Assembly (NCBI RefSeq): GCF_004010195.1
Contig: NC_057758.1
Span: forward strand, 1,205,396-1,243,804
Direction of reading: 5' to 3'
From: Chiloscyllium plagiosum
Lineage: Eukaryota
DNA: 38,409 nt
A program made the position numbers and the translations under genes. The notes under the pieces were generated by a model that was given only the letters and a program-made list of their open reading frames with translations, did not search any database and was not told the origin of the DNA. Below are positions 9,904 to 22,246 of this stretch, piece after piece; position 1 is the first letter of the stretch; each line of letters begins with the position of its first letter.

Positions 9904-10429
9904 AAACAAACCATCCCCTTCATAGATACAAGAAATTGGGAGTGTCCATTTGCACAGTTCATTGTAGGGCATTGAGACAGGTTGTCATCATTGGTTTCGA
10001 TTTGATAAAGGCGAGCATGGACCAGGACTGGGTCAAGATGAAAGGAGCGAAAAAGGATCTCACCCAGGTTAACTTTTACACATCGTTTATGAGGTTCATT
10101 GATAACAGAGCCACAGGCTAGTGTTTAAGGAAGAGTTCGTTCAGACACAGTCGCGGGGAGGACAAGTATAACAGCCAGAGAAAAACTGAAGCCATTTGTC
10201 ATATCTGAGGCCTGATTCACTATTCAGTAGGACCTTGTCCGATTCTATTGTAAATCCGTACATTCCAAAATCCATGCCCCTTAAGTTCTGGATTGACCCA
10301 CACCAGAGACATCCTTCTCACGTCTGCCTTGTCCAAGTGATTCAGTGGCTTAAACTCTTCAATCAGGTCACCCATCCACCAACCACTGGCTCAACGAACT
10401 CTTCAGCAACGCAGCTGGAACAAGCCAAA

Positions 10430-10885
10430 TATGCCCAAACTTCATAAGAAAACAATCCCACTCATTCGAGGAAACCACCCCCTGAACCAGCTCCGACACA
10501 TTTAAATCCCTCCTTCAATAAGGAGAGCAGAACTGCATACAGCATTACACATGTGGTTTCTTAGGCATCCTGCGTAACATAAACATCATTTTTTGTGTGC
10601 GCTGCATCTTATCAGAAAGAATATCACTCCATTAGCTTCTTTCATTATGTTCTGTGTTTACACAATAACTTATTGAGTCTCAAGCGCCTCAAGATGTAAA
10701 TCGCTTTGCTCCTCAGATTTTTGAAGTCGCCGTCTTTTGAAATAATACATGCTCTAACTTTAACATTTTGTTCCAATCTGAAAAACTTGCTATTTTCCCA
10801 GCTTGTGTCCAGCTGCCAGAGTTTTGCCCACTCGATTAACCTATCTCTGTGAGTTTGTAAGCACCTTGTGCCTTCCACACCAAAC
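10430..10885 (-). mobile_element. old CR1-type LINE RT C-terminal fragment
   Basis: ORF 10645..10878 RCLQTHRDRLIEWAKLWQL corresponds to the CR1 'LQ.D.DRL.EWA..WQM' motif. Confidence 0.7.
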
Positions 10886-11283
10886 CCTGCCTTTCCTGCT
10901 GCTGCCTGTGAAATTTGCTCGACACAATCCCTTCCTTATCTCAGACCATGATCAAAAAATGACTGACCTGTTTCTTTGTGGGTTTTTTTCGCATTGCTAC
11001 TACTCTCAACAGTTTAAGGAAAGAAAAAACTATTCATATCACTGTAGAACACCTTGTGACATTATTGATGTTAGCTACCAGTCATCTCTGAATCTCACTC
11101 TTCGTTTCTATACAATTCATTCACCACGTCTTGAATGTTCTGATCATCTCTTGTTTTTCTACTGAATATCCTATATGTCATCAATCACATTTTTCAACGT
11201 TATATTATCAATTTTCCAATCGTGACGCCAAGCATTTGTTTGAGCTACCTTTCCAGCATGGAAAATAAGCCTTAATCGTACCT

Positions 11284-12120
11284 NNNNNNNNNNNNNNNNN
11301 NNNNNNNNNNNNNNNNNNNNNNNNNNNNNNNNNNNNNNNNNNNNNNNNNNNNNNNNNNNNNNNNNNNNNNNNNNNNNNNNNNNNNNNNNNNNNNNNNNNN
11401 NNNNNNNNNNNNNNNNNNNNNNNNNNNNNNNNNNNNNNNNNNNNNNNNNNNNNNNNNNNNNNNNNNNNNNNNNNNNNNNNNNNNNNNNNNNNNNNNNNNN
11501 NNNNNNNNNNNNNNNNNNNNNNNNNNNNNNNNNNNNNNNNNNNNNNNNNNNNNNNNNNNNNNNNNNNNNNNNNNNNNNNNNNNNNNNNNNNNNNNNNNNN
11601 NNNNNNNNNNNNNNNNNNNNNNNNNNNNNNNNNNNNNNNNNNNNNNNNNNNNNNNNNNNNNNNNNNNNNNNNNNNNNNNNNNNNNNNNNNNNNNNNNNNN
11701 NNNNNNNNNNNNNNNNNNNNNNNNNNNNNNNNNNNNNNNNNNNNNNNNNNNNNNNNNNNNNNNNNNNNNNNNNNNNNNNNNNNNNNNNNNNNNNNNNNNN
11801 NNNNNNNNNNNNNNNNNNNNNNNNNNNNNNNNNNNNNNNNNNNNNNNNNNNNNNNNNNNNNNNNNNNNNNNNNNNNNNNNNNNNNNNNNNNNNNNNNNNN
11901 NNNNNNNNNNNNNNNNNNNNNNNNNNNNNNNNNNNNNNNNNNNNNNNNNNNNNNNNNNNNNNNNNNNNNNNNNNNNNNNNNNNNNNNNNNNNNNNNNNNN
12001 NNNNNNNNNNNNNNNNNNNNNNNNNNNNNNNNNNNNNNNNNNNNNNNNNNNNNNNNNNNNNNNNNNNNNNNNNNNNNNNNNNNNNNNNNNNNNNNNNNNN
12101 NNNNNNNNNNNNNNNNNNNN
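11284..12120. other. assembly gap (N run); may hold the 5' LTR of the downstream Gypsy element
   Basis: Ns; the gag leader begins immediately after. Confidence 0.95.
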
Positions 12121-15064
12121 GGTTCTAGCCTGGACCATAACAGATTGGTTCCCTTGTTGGGAATGATTCTATAATTCCAATTTGGGTTTTGGTTTGTTGA
12201 ACTCAAAGATGGTGTTGATATGTTGTGTTCTGGTTGTTAAAATCCATTAGTTTCAACCGTGCTTGTGTCGTAATGGCTCATTTAGAAAGATTCTGGCGGT
12301 TAGAATAAGTGACTTTGTGGGTTATACACAAGGTGAGAAAAGCAGATTTGTGAGAATTGGCAGACAAGTGGAAGTTGGCGTTGCATTCATCTGTGAGGAA
12401 TGGAGCGATAGTTACAGAACTGGTTTGGCATTTAAATTTGCTGGAAAAATCATCAGACTTCAATTCAATTGCAGATGAGACAGTTTGAACATGAAAATAA
12501 AATGGAACCGTTTAAATTACTGTTAAAAGCAAAGAAAAGAGAAAAAAGGAATGAATCGGCCTCGCAGAACAAAAAGAAAATGAAGCATCACTTTGGGATA
12601 ACAATAATAAAAGGAGAGGAAGGCTCCAGGAGTGAAAAGAGACAAGGAGCGAGAGGAAAGGAACAAAGAGAGAGTGTTTGAACTTCAGAAATTGGCACTT
12701 TAACAGGAAAGTCGGCTTAAAAGGATGGACGAGCTTAAAAATTCCTTTCCCGAGTTCATGAAAACTCATGGGGAAAAACAAAGAGTCAAAACAGCATGAT
12801 TAGCAACGGAAATGACAAATCGTTACGAGTTGGTTCATATATCAAAGTTCAGTTTCCACCATCGATTTCAACCCGTGAGAGATAGAAATTGAGGAAAAGA
12901 GAAATCCTCATGTGGTAACATAATAAAGATAGGTTACCACAGAGTAAAAAGGAAACCCGTGAATGGTTTAAGAGGAATTGAAAAGGCTCTGATGCAATAA
13001 AATGGGTCCCACAAAGTCACAGTGTTGGTTATTTATGAAAAGGACTCGGAAGACTGATGTCAGAAAACAGGATAAATCAATTAATAATTGGAAGAGGTAT
13101 AGAAAGCACAGTAGAAGTTAAAAAGCTGCACCAGCATATCCAAACTGGTCGGAGGTGGGTTGAGACGTAAGTGCCCGATCTTCTTGAACCTTTTACTTGC
13201 AGTATAACCTTTTACTTGCAGTATAAGTATAACTCGCAGATATTTGATTTGTTTAAGCCAGGAACAGCAGGTAAATAATTACAGAATCAAGAGATCATGT
13301 CATTCTTTGATATTGAGAGATGAGGTTTATTGCCAGAAGAACAGCTAATGCGTGGAATTCAAGATGAGACAAGAAGTGCATCATTGTATAGAGTGAGGTT
13401 ACAATGTCCAGTGAAAAGTAGAAAAGTGGTCATACGAGTACCGGACAACCTTACGGCTCCAATAGTACAGGTGAGCCTTGGTAATGATATAACTAAGTGA
13501 CACGTTGATGTGCTGCTTACTGTGGTCAAAACTGCGGTAAATCAGGCAACTGAGGCGTTAAAGGAAGCATGCTCCGGGATCTTTCCCCCATCTGTCTGAT
13601 AACAAGTTCACAAAGTCATTAGCTGAAACAGGGAGCGAAATGAAAGAATACCAATAAGCAAGTTGAAGTATAATTATCAGAAATCATGTTAGATCAAGTG
13701 CTTGAAACAAAACAGAAACAGGTGGAGATCAAAGTGAATTAGTTTACCTCAGAGAAATGAATTGAATTACAACAGAAGCAATTGTAACAAAAAACATACA
13801 CAGAATAAATATCTGAGTGTATACCTGAATACGACTATCTTAAAATTGAAGTCTTGTTCAGGAAATGGAAAACATCACATACTGAGGCAGATGAGAAATG
13901 GGCAGCGTTTCGTCAAGTTAGATATGTGAGATATAGAAAGGAAGTGTTGTGGCTTGTGCATGAATTCATAGTAGGTAGCAATTTTGGGATAAGACCAGCT
14001 GCAGTTAAAATGCAAAACTCATTTTTACTGGCCTGGTTGACTCAGAATGCAATTGAATTATGCCAGATATGTCACCCATGTCAGATAATTGGGGAACCGT
14101 AGGCAATAATACAACCATTTATAAATGCCTTCAATATCTATTCTTGCATTTGAGGGAACTTTGACAAGGATCTTAATTGATTACCCAAGACAAAAATGCG
14201 AATCAGTACCTGCTAACAATAATGTGCCCACGAGACTTCCAAAGGCCAGTCCATTAGATGATTTCACAGCAGAAGCGTTACTCAATTTTTTTTTTTCACG
14301 AGATATGGAATATTTACATAGATACAATCAGACCAAGGGTCGCATTTTGCTTCAAAATTATTCAGGGACATTATAGACAACTTTTGAACAAAACAATTCA
14401 AATCTATTGCGTGCTGTCCACAATTGCAGGGAACGCTAGAAGCGTGGCATCAGACGCTAAAGACCACGTTAAAACGCTAATACTCAAGACTACCCAGATG
14501 ATTGCGATAAAGGAATTCCATTTTCCTGTTTGCCGTTAGATGCGCACCAAATGAATCGATGAAATTCAGTCTATTTAAATTAATTTCTGGGCATGATGTG
14601 AGAGGATGACTGAAATTAATTAATGAGAAATTGGTGAGTCAGAATTCAGAGACCACAAATTTGGAATGGTTAAATATATCGTGGAACTTTGTGGACAATA
14701 TGTAAAAATAACACTGTATATGGTAAAACAGCAAGCATACAAGAAATCTAAAACTCGCAATTTTGCTAAAGGAGTTAAAGCGTTGGTGTTGTTTCCAGTG
14801 ATAAGTGAACCTCTGACATCAAGGTGAACTATTTGGTAAGGACTCCAGACAGAAATAAATTTCACAGCGATTTTTAAGTGAATATGCTCAAAAGTGTATT
14901 TTCGTCGGGAACGAAAGCAAAAGCTGAATGTTTTACGTAATACAGCACAGAGTGAAGAACCAAGTTCAGAACGTTATGACTCGGATATTCCTCAAAATAA
15001 TATTGAATGCATGCGACATGACTACAGAATCAAAGTGAGTTGTAGTGACTGCAGCTCACCCATA

Positions 15065-16357
15065 CCGCAATGGGGCAACTGATGTTTGTCATTTGTATAA
15101 ATGACAGCGATGAGGGCGTTGAAGGATGTGTTAGTAGATTTGTGGAGGACAGTAATGTTGGTGGAGTTGAGGATCGTGCTGAAGGGTATAGCAGGTTACA
15201 GAGGGACTTAGATAAGGTGCAGAGCTTACATTACATTACATTACATTACATTACATTACAGTGTGGAAACAGGCCCTTCGGCCCAACAAGTCCACACCGA
15301 CCCGCCGAAGCGCAATCCACCCATACATTTACTCCTTACCTAACACTACGGGCAATTTAGCATGGCCAATTCACCAGACCTGCACATCTTTGGACTGTGG
15401 AGGAAACCGGAGCACCCGGAGGAAACCCACGCAGACACGGGGACAACGTGCAAACTCCATAGTCAGTCGCCTGAGGCGGGAATTGAACCCGGGTCTCAGA
15501 CGCTGTGAGGCAGCAGTGTGCCTCCCACTGGGCCGCCCACCGTGCCACCTCTCAGCTGGGCTGAGAGGTGGCAAATGAAGTTTAATGCGGAAAGTATGAG
15601 GTGATTTACTTTGGAAGGTGTACCATGAATAAAGAGTACTTTATGGTAATGGTAAGATTCTTGGTAGATTAGATGAGTAGAGAGACCACCGTGTCCATGT
15701 ACATAGATCTCTGAAAGTTGCCACCAAGGTTGATAGAGTTGTTGAGAAGATATAAGGTGTGTTCCCTTGTGTTGTTTGAGGGATTGAGTTTCGGAGTCAC
15801 GAAATCATGCTGCTGCTGAACAAAACTCTGATGCAGCCGTGTTGGAGTATTGCATACAGCTTTGTTCACTACATTATCGCAAGCATATGAAAGCTTTGCA
15901 AAGGGTTAAGAGGAGATTTTGACGGGTTGGAGGGAAAGTCTTAAAAGGAAAGGCTGAGGGACTTAAGGCTGTTTTGGTTACAGAGAAGAAGGTTGAGATG
16001 TGACTTCATTGACACATATAAGATAATGAGAGTGTTTGGTAGGGTAGACAGTGAGAACCTTTTTTTCGTCGAATGGTAATGGCTAGCACGAGGCTACATA
16101 GCTTTAACTTGTGGGGTGATAGATACAGAACAGATGTCAGAGGTAGTTGTCTTACTCAGAGTGTAGGAAAGTTCGTGGAACACGCTATTTGCAACGTTAG
16201 CAGATTCGCCAACTTTAAGGGCATTTAAATAGTCTATAGACAAACATACGAATGAAATCCAGTAGTGTGGGACAGATAGGCTTCATATTGATTCCAAAGG
16301 TCGGCGTAACACGACAGCCAAAGGGCTTTTCCTGCACTGTAATGTTCTATGTTCGTT
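15065..16357 (+). mobile_element. 5'-truncated CR1-type LINE inserted in the Gypsy RT
   Basis: LMFVICINDSDEGVEGCVSRFVEDSNVGG..RLQRDLDKVQS/WAERWQMKFN; 3' end CCTGCACTGTAATGTTCTATGTTC. Confidence 0.85.
15226..15550 (-). mobile_element. HE1-type SINE nested in the CR1 LINE
   Basis: (TTACA)n tail on the + strand, reverse-complement V-domain, reverse-complement B box GGAATTGAACCC at ~15479-15490. Confidence 0.9.
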
Positions 16358-17283
16358 GTGCTAATGGTGCCAAAACCAGATGGTACTGAACAATTATGTG
16401 TGGACACAAAGTCAATGAAGTTACAAAGTGAGACTCATATCCGATTCCACGTTTGGAAAACTATGTAGTAAATGGGATCGGGGTGGGCATGCAATGTACA
16501 TTTTGTAGTTGGACTTAGTTAGAGAATATTGTCAGGTATCCTTATCCGAAACAACAAAGATAAATTCATCTTTAGTAACACCGAAAGAACTGGATGAATT
16601 TAAAGTCATCCTGTCTGGTGGGAACAATACGCCCGCTGCTTTCAAATACGAAGCAATAATGTCATGTCTAGATAAATCACTTGCCTGGTACACATCGATG
16701 ACGTAGTGATTTGTATTCACAGATGGAAGGGACATTTACAGCATTTGTTGGAATTATTTGATCGATGTCGGGAGGCAGGCTTAGTGGTAAACCTGGTGAA
16801 GTGAATTCACTAAAGTGCATGTCATGTTCCTGGACCTTGTCATCCGTCATGGACTGATGGCTCTATGGAAGGTTATTAGGAAGTTTCCCATATCATTGAC
16901 GAAGAGAGCAGTGGTACAATTCCTGGGTTTGCATGTGGTATATTGGAATTTTTTTGACTCAATTTTAGTAATGTGGCTTCTCCACTCACCGATTTTTGGA
17001 GAAATTTAGGGACAAAAATACCGAACTGCTAAAATGAAGATCATTATTGTGGAGATTTAATGTGAGCATTATACATGTGGCAGGGCTAGAAACCATTGTC
17101 GAGACCCAGATGAAAAATTGAGGCATTCAGTGGCAGGAGTAAACGGACTGAAATATAATGTGGTTGCGAATGTTTGCGTGGTAGTCGTCAATGCAATGTA
17201 TATGTATTGTGGTGTACTAACGGGCTGAGGCAATGTGTTTAAAGTGAAGCTATCTATGTATATTTATTTTTTAAGTGGGGAGG

Positions 17284-17850
17284 TGTGACAATGCCTTTAA
17301 CGCATTCATTTTGTCCTTGAGAGGTTTCTTTTAAGAGAGTTCAAAAAGGCAGCAGAGCCGTGGAGTTTGGAAAGATCTTGATTTAACAATGGCAGGGGAA
17401 CGGTCAGTTTTCCCAGTTCAGGTGCTTTCCCGTTTGGTTCAGCTGTGGCTGTCAGAAAATGCTGAAGTCCAGAAAAAGCTTGTGACTTCAGCAGGTAATT
17501 CCGGACGGACTTGCTGTCTGAAGTATCGTTGGATGTTGTTCCGTCCTGACTGTAAGAATCTTCGTTCCAGTTTCCTTTTTGCCAATGGGTGTATTTATTG
17601 GAACAGTTAGTTAAGTTGCTGTTTCCCATTGGTTACGTTTTCTAAGAGTTAAGTTATTCAAAATTCTGCTCTGTACGTGCTTCAACACTAGAGTTTTCAA
17701 ATAAAATTTGTTTTGTTTAAAACCGAGTGGTTTAACGAGCTGCTGTACACCTGGAATATCCACTTTTGCATCTGCCTTTACAATAAGAAAAAAGTGAGGG
17801 CCAAGGCTACCTTCTTAACTATTTTCTGCGAGCTGGCGTGGTACATAACA
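17284..17850 (+). repeat. 3' LTR of the Gypsy element
   Basis: Starts TGTGACA directly after polypurine AAGTGGGGAGG, contains AATAAA at ~17700, ends CATAACA; 3' end resembles the LTR at 33379-33993. Confidence 0.75.
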
Positions 17851-17921
17851 AAATACAACTAGACATTTTTGAAACCAAACCTGGATATTGTCCGGGAATG
17901 TCACATTTGGATGTAAGTTTA

Positions 17922-18020
17922 TAAGAACCAGGAGCTGGAGTAGGCCATCTGGCCCTTCGAGTTCGCTCCCCTATTAAATAAGAGTATGTTTGATCTTTTT
18001 ATGTCCTCGACGCCACTCAC
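17922..18020 (-). mobile_element. LINE 3'-terminal fragment (CR1-type)
   Basis: ATAAGAACCAGGAGCTGGAGTAGGCCATCTGGCCCTTCGAG resembles a reverse-complement CR1 3' UTR. Confidence 0.55.
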
Positions 18021-18021
18021 G

Positions 18022-18355
18022 AGAACCATAGAATCCGTACGTGCGGAAACAGGTCATTCGGTCCAGCAAGTCCACACCGACTTTCTGTAAAGTATCCCAA
18101 ATAGACCGTTTCCTCTTTTACTCTGCCTTTACCACTGACCTATGCATCTAACCTACATATCCCTGAACATTATGAAAAAATTAGCATGGCCAATTCACCT
18201 AATCTGCACTTGGATTGTGGGAGGCAACTGGAGCACCCGAAGCAAACCCACGCAGACACAGTCAGAATGTGTAAACTCCACAGACATTTGCACGAATCCT
18301 GAATCGAACCCTGGGTCCCAGGCGCTGTGAGGCAGCAACGCGAACCACTGAGCAA
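18022..18355 (-). mobile_element. older HE1/V-SINE-type SINE
   Basis: Reverse-complement tail (GGAAACAGGTCATTCGGTCC), V-domain (GGAGCACCCGAAGCAAACCCACGCAGACAC) and B box (GAATCGAACCC). Confidence 0.8.
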
Positions 18356-18500
18356 CAGTGCACTGTCACTGGGTAGAAATCCTGGAATCCCCTACCTAAG
18401 GCATTGGAAGTCTGCCTACAAAATGTGGACTGCAGTGATTGAAGAAGGTCGCTCAACAACATCTTCGCAAGGGAGTAACGAGAAACGATCAATAAATTCT
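18356..18500 (+). mobile_element. LINE-like 3' end fragment
   Basis: TCACTGGGTAGAAATCCTGGAATCCCCTACCT..TGGACTGCAG..AAGAAGG..AATAAA; a WN.LP-type LINE C-terminus. Confidence 0.45.
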
Positions 18501-18704
18501 ACAACCATATTGCACCAGGGAAGGAGAAATTGCAAATGTCTGGGAAATAGACTCCAAGCGGAAGTTTCAGTTGGATGCAAGAATTTTGAAGAAGCAAATG
18601 GAATCGAGCATTAAGACGAAGCATAATAAGGATTCAAGTCTCTGGTAAATATCGTAGACAATAAGAACAGTTAATAACATTTTTTCTTCAACAGTGGGGG
18701 AGGT

Positions 18705-18978
18705 GGTTCTGTCGAAGGATCACTTTACCCAAGACGTTATCTCTGATTTCCTTTCACAGATGCTGTCAGTCATGCTGAGCTTTTCAGCACTTCCTGCTTT
18801 TTTTTTCTTTTTTGCCAAATTCAGAGTCATTTCGATTTCTGGGTACTGTTCTTTGGGCTGTCAGGAGGTAATCAGTAATGAAAGCAAACATTGTTGGAGA
18901 AACCCAACAGGTCTGGCAGCATCTATGAAGACAAAACACCGTCAACATTTTTGGTCCAATTACCCTTCTTCTGAACTC
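18705..18978. mobile_element. two degenerate Penelope-type pLTR tails in convergent orientation
   Basis: Plus copy TTCTGTCGAAGGATCAC..ACGTT..CAGATGCTGTCAGTCATGCTGAG..CAGCA (18705-18800); minus copy TTCAGAAGAAGGGTAATTGGACCAAAAATGTTGAC..AGATGCTGCCAGACCTGTTGGGTTTCTCCAACA (18880-18978). Confidence 0.6.
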
Positions 18979-20129
18979 AGGAGACAACTAGCTCCTGTTA
19001 TTCAAGGTTCAATGGCAGGCTCAATTCTCTATCTCGTCGACATTGTTGAGTTCATAGGACAGCATTGTACAATCGGCAGGCTTTCGGATGACATACGTTT
19101 TGGCAGAAGAATGGGGAGACGTAAGACAGAAATCCTTTACAGTCCAGTAAAGGAGATGTGATAGCGGGCTTAAAACTCATCGCGGCCGTCGATGGATTTA
19201 AATGTCAAGGTAGGGGTGGGGAAGGTGGGACCATCATGGGATTCAGGAACTAAACCCCTGCTGCTGGTATTACTCTGCATCATAGTGCAGCCGTCCAGTC
19301 TGCCAAGCCCCTCAAAGGCAGAATGCAGTCAGTGTAAAATTCTAAACTGTTTGATCTCTCCTCATTTGACACAATCATCATCTCAGGTTCATGGACTAAA
19401 TTCATGAGAGACGTCGGAAAGCACCAACAGCAGCAAGGGAGGGACAGTAGACGTGGTGTAAGAGCATGAGTACAATGTTACAATCAACTGCAGACTATCA
19501 TCCAATGGTGACTTCTAATGTTATTAATCAATTTTCGAAAAAAATTTCCAGTTCATGTTTCTGAATTTCCAGTATGATGTGCCCAGATTCCGTTCCACTG
19601 TTCTAATACTCAAGCGTGTCCTTATTGTAGTACGAGCACTCCTCTCCCTCTCTCTCAGAAATGCTGATTCCTGCACATGGCAGAGCTGGGGCCATGAGAT
19701 GACACTTCGGAAGGTCGCCTCATGAAGGGAGAGGAGATCTCTCCAACGACGCAACGAGGATCCCTGCAGACTGACATGAGATGCAGTCTTCGAACAAACA
19801 GATTCAGATGTCCGTCCAACCAACAGGACTTCGACTAGGAGCGGCAGGAAAACAAATAACATGCACTTTCACCGTTGACACATCCAAAAACAAGGATTAC
19901 AAAAGAAAGCGCGCGCACACACACACACAGAGCAGTGGCACTGTCCATGACCTACCCGTGTTGTAATTCGAAGCTTTTTTTTTCATTTCAGCCAGAGGTG
20001 CTCTTGAAAACAATGCATCTCTTAAATAGATCTCTCAGCGTAATGTCAGAGATAGTGTGGGGAGGGGGCATGGTCTTACAACATGCTAATACAAACATGC
20101 TTTATAAAACAACATGCATGTACCACAGC

Positions 20130-20375
20130 ATAGAAATAGGACGTTCAGTCCATCATATGTGTACTGACCCACAAACACCAAATTACGCTACTCCCTTTTC
20201 CTGTTGCTTGGTCCAATGCCAACTATACCTTAGCAGATGTTTCTGAAATATGAGAGTACCTGCATCTGCGACCGTCTCATGTAGCACATAACATGAAAAG
20301 AAAATCTCCGATCTTCTCTAAATCACCTGCTTCTCACCGTAAACTGATGCCCCCGCACGAAGACCCGTCTGCCAA
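20130..20375 (-). mobile_element. degenerate CR1 3' fragment
   Basis: Weak resemblance to the reverse-complement CR1 3' end (GAGAGTACCTGCATCTGCGACC..CCTGCTTCTCACCGTAAACTGATGCCCC). Confidence 0.45.
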
Positions 20376-21082
20376 TAGAACATAGAACATAGAAAAATAC
20401 AGCGCATTACAGGCCCTTTGGCCCTCGATGTTGCGCCGATCCAAGCCCACCTAACCTACACTAGCCCACTATCCTCCATATGCCTATCCAATGCCCGATT
20501 AAATGCCAATAAAGAGGGAGAGTCCACCACTGCTACTGGCAGGGCATTCCATGAACTCACGACTCGCTGAGTAAAGAATCTACCCCTAACATCTGTCCTA
20601 TACCTACCACCCATTAATTTAAAGCTATGCCCCCTCGTAATAGCTGACTCCATACGTGGAAAACGGTTCTCATGGTCAATCCTATCTAAACCCCTAATCA
20701 TCTTGTACACCTCTATCAAGTCACCACTAAACCTTCTTTTCTCCAATCAAAACAGCCCCAAGTGCCTCAGCCTTTCCTCATACGATGTTCCTACCATACC
20801 AGGCAACATCCTGGTAAACCTCCTCACCACATCCTTCCTATAGTATGGCGACCAAAACTGCACACAATACTCCAGATGCGGCCTCACCAGACACCTTTCT
20901 GCCCAGCTCTGCAACTTATCTATATCCCGCTGTAACCTGACACATCTTTCCTCACTGTCAACAACTCCACCGACTTTCGTATCATCCGCAAACTTGCTCC
21001 AACCTTCTAGCCCCTCCTCCAGGTCATTTATAAAAATGACAAACAGCAATGGTCCCAAAACAGATCCTTGCAGAACACCAAG
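20376..21082 (-). mobile_element. CR1-type LINE 3' portion with internal deletions
   Basis: ORFs 20747..21112 (GVLQGSVLGPLLFVIFINDL..SKFADDTKVGG..LVRPHLEYCVQFWSP) and 20456..20746 (GDLIEVYK..FFTQRVVSSWNALP); (TAGAACA)n tail. Confidence 0.92.
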
Positions 21083-21149
21083 GGATTGCCAAGGGATATT
21101 GACAGGAAACAAAACTGGGCTGAGAAGTGGCAGGTGGAGTTGGGAACAG

Positions 21150-22215
21150 TACCTTCCTGATCTAAATCACACACAGAGGTATTCCAAATCTTCGCTCTCT
21201 CAACACAGTGACATCTCTCCCAAACTATATTACTTACTGAGTGCCCCATACCCATTCTCTGTTCCCACAATGACAGCTCCCCCAATGAATATTACTCACT
21301 CGGTTCCCCACACTTTTACCACTTTGACAGCAACATGTTGATTTATATTACACACTGATTGCCGCCACCCTGCCTGTCTGTTAACCCAGTCACAGCTCTT
21401 TCTGGTCCATATTAGTTTCTGAATGACACCCTGTTACCACAGTGACAGCTGTCCCAGTGAATATTACTCAGTTCGTGCCACATGCACAGTCTCTGTTACT
21501 ACACTGACAGTTCCCTCCTGATATATCTCACACAATGAGTGACTGCACATAACATCTTTATGACCAAAATGACAGTCCCCTTCAGATCTATATTACATCC
21601 TGAGTGACTCCACAGCCCCTCTCTTTTGCTGCGGTGACACTTACCCACATGTGTATAACACACGGAATGACCCTGCACTCCCCCTTTGTTAGCACTCAGA
21701 CAGCTCTTTTCAGATCTATATTCGACACACAGTGATTCCACATCTCCACACAATTAGCACAATGACAGCTCCCCCAATGAATATTACTCAGAGTACCCCA
21801 CACCCACTCTCTGTTACCACAGTGACAGCTTGGTCCTGATCTGCTACCACGGTGATTACTCTCTCTGAGTTATTTTACACACAGTGTTATTCAAACCCTC
21901 CTTCTCTTACCACCATGACAGCTCCCTCCTGACCTACATTACTTACAGTGTATCCCACTAATAACTCTATATTTTTCCGTGGTGTCAGCTCGCTCCTGAT
22001 CTACTTTACAATCTGATTGTCTTCACAACTGCTCTCTGTTAACCAAGTGACAATTTTCTCCTGACCTGTATTACAGAATGAGTGACTCCACATCTCTTCT
22101 CTAATAACAAAGTGATAGCTTCCACCTGATCGGTATTACACACTCAGTAATATCATAGTCCCTCTCTCTCCTACCACCGTAACATCTCCCCTCCTGATCT
22201 ATGTTACTGCAGTGA
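21150..22215. repeat. degenerate ~60-66-bp tandem repeat
   Basis: Recurring CTCTGTTACCACAGTGACAGCTCCCTCCTGATCTATATTACA-like units; TGACAGCT at ~21763 and ~21823, related motifs at ~21916, 21983, 22049, 22113, 22180. Confidence 0.8.
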
Positions 22216-22246
22216 AAATTCTAGACGCTCTCAGTTTTCGACGTTC

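Larger units (their letters stand above)
12121..17850 (+). mobile_element. decayed Gmr1-like Gypsy LTR retrotransposon (gag-[PR]-INT-RT-RH-PPT-3'LTR)
   Basis: gag from ~12270; integrase Zn region 13854-14102 (YRKEVLWLVHE..ELCQICHPCQIIG); integrase core ~14420-14520 (QGTLEAWHQTLKT); RT from ~16360 (MVPKPDG..LCVD, LDLVREYCQVSL, HIDDVVI); RH end ~17000-17100 (IIHVAG.E); polypurine tract 17273-17283; many stops and frameshifts. Confidence 0.85.

Noticed and set aside
21200..21890. Several CACAGTG heptamers suggesting V(D)J recombination signals
   Set aside because: They are part of the repeat unit. I saw no ACAAAAACC-like nonamer at 12/23 spacing where I checked, and no V, D or J segments.
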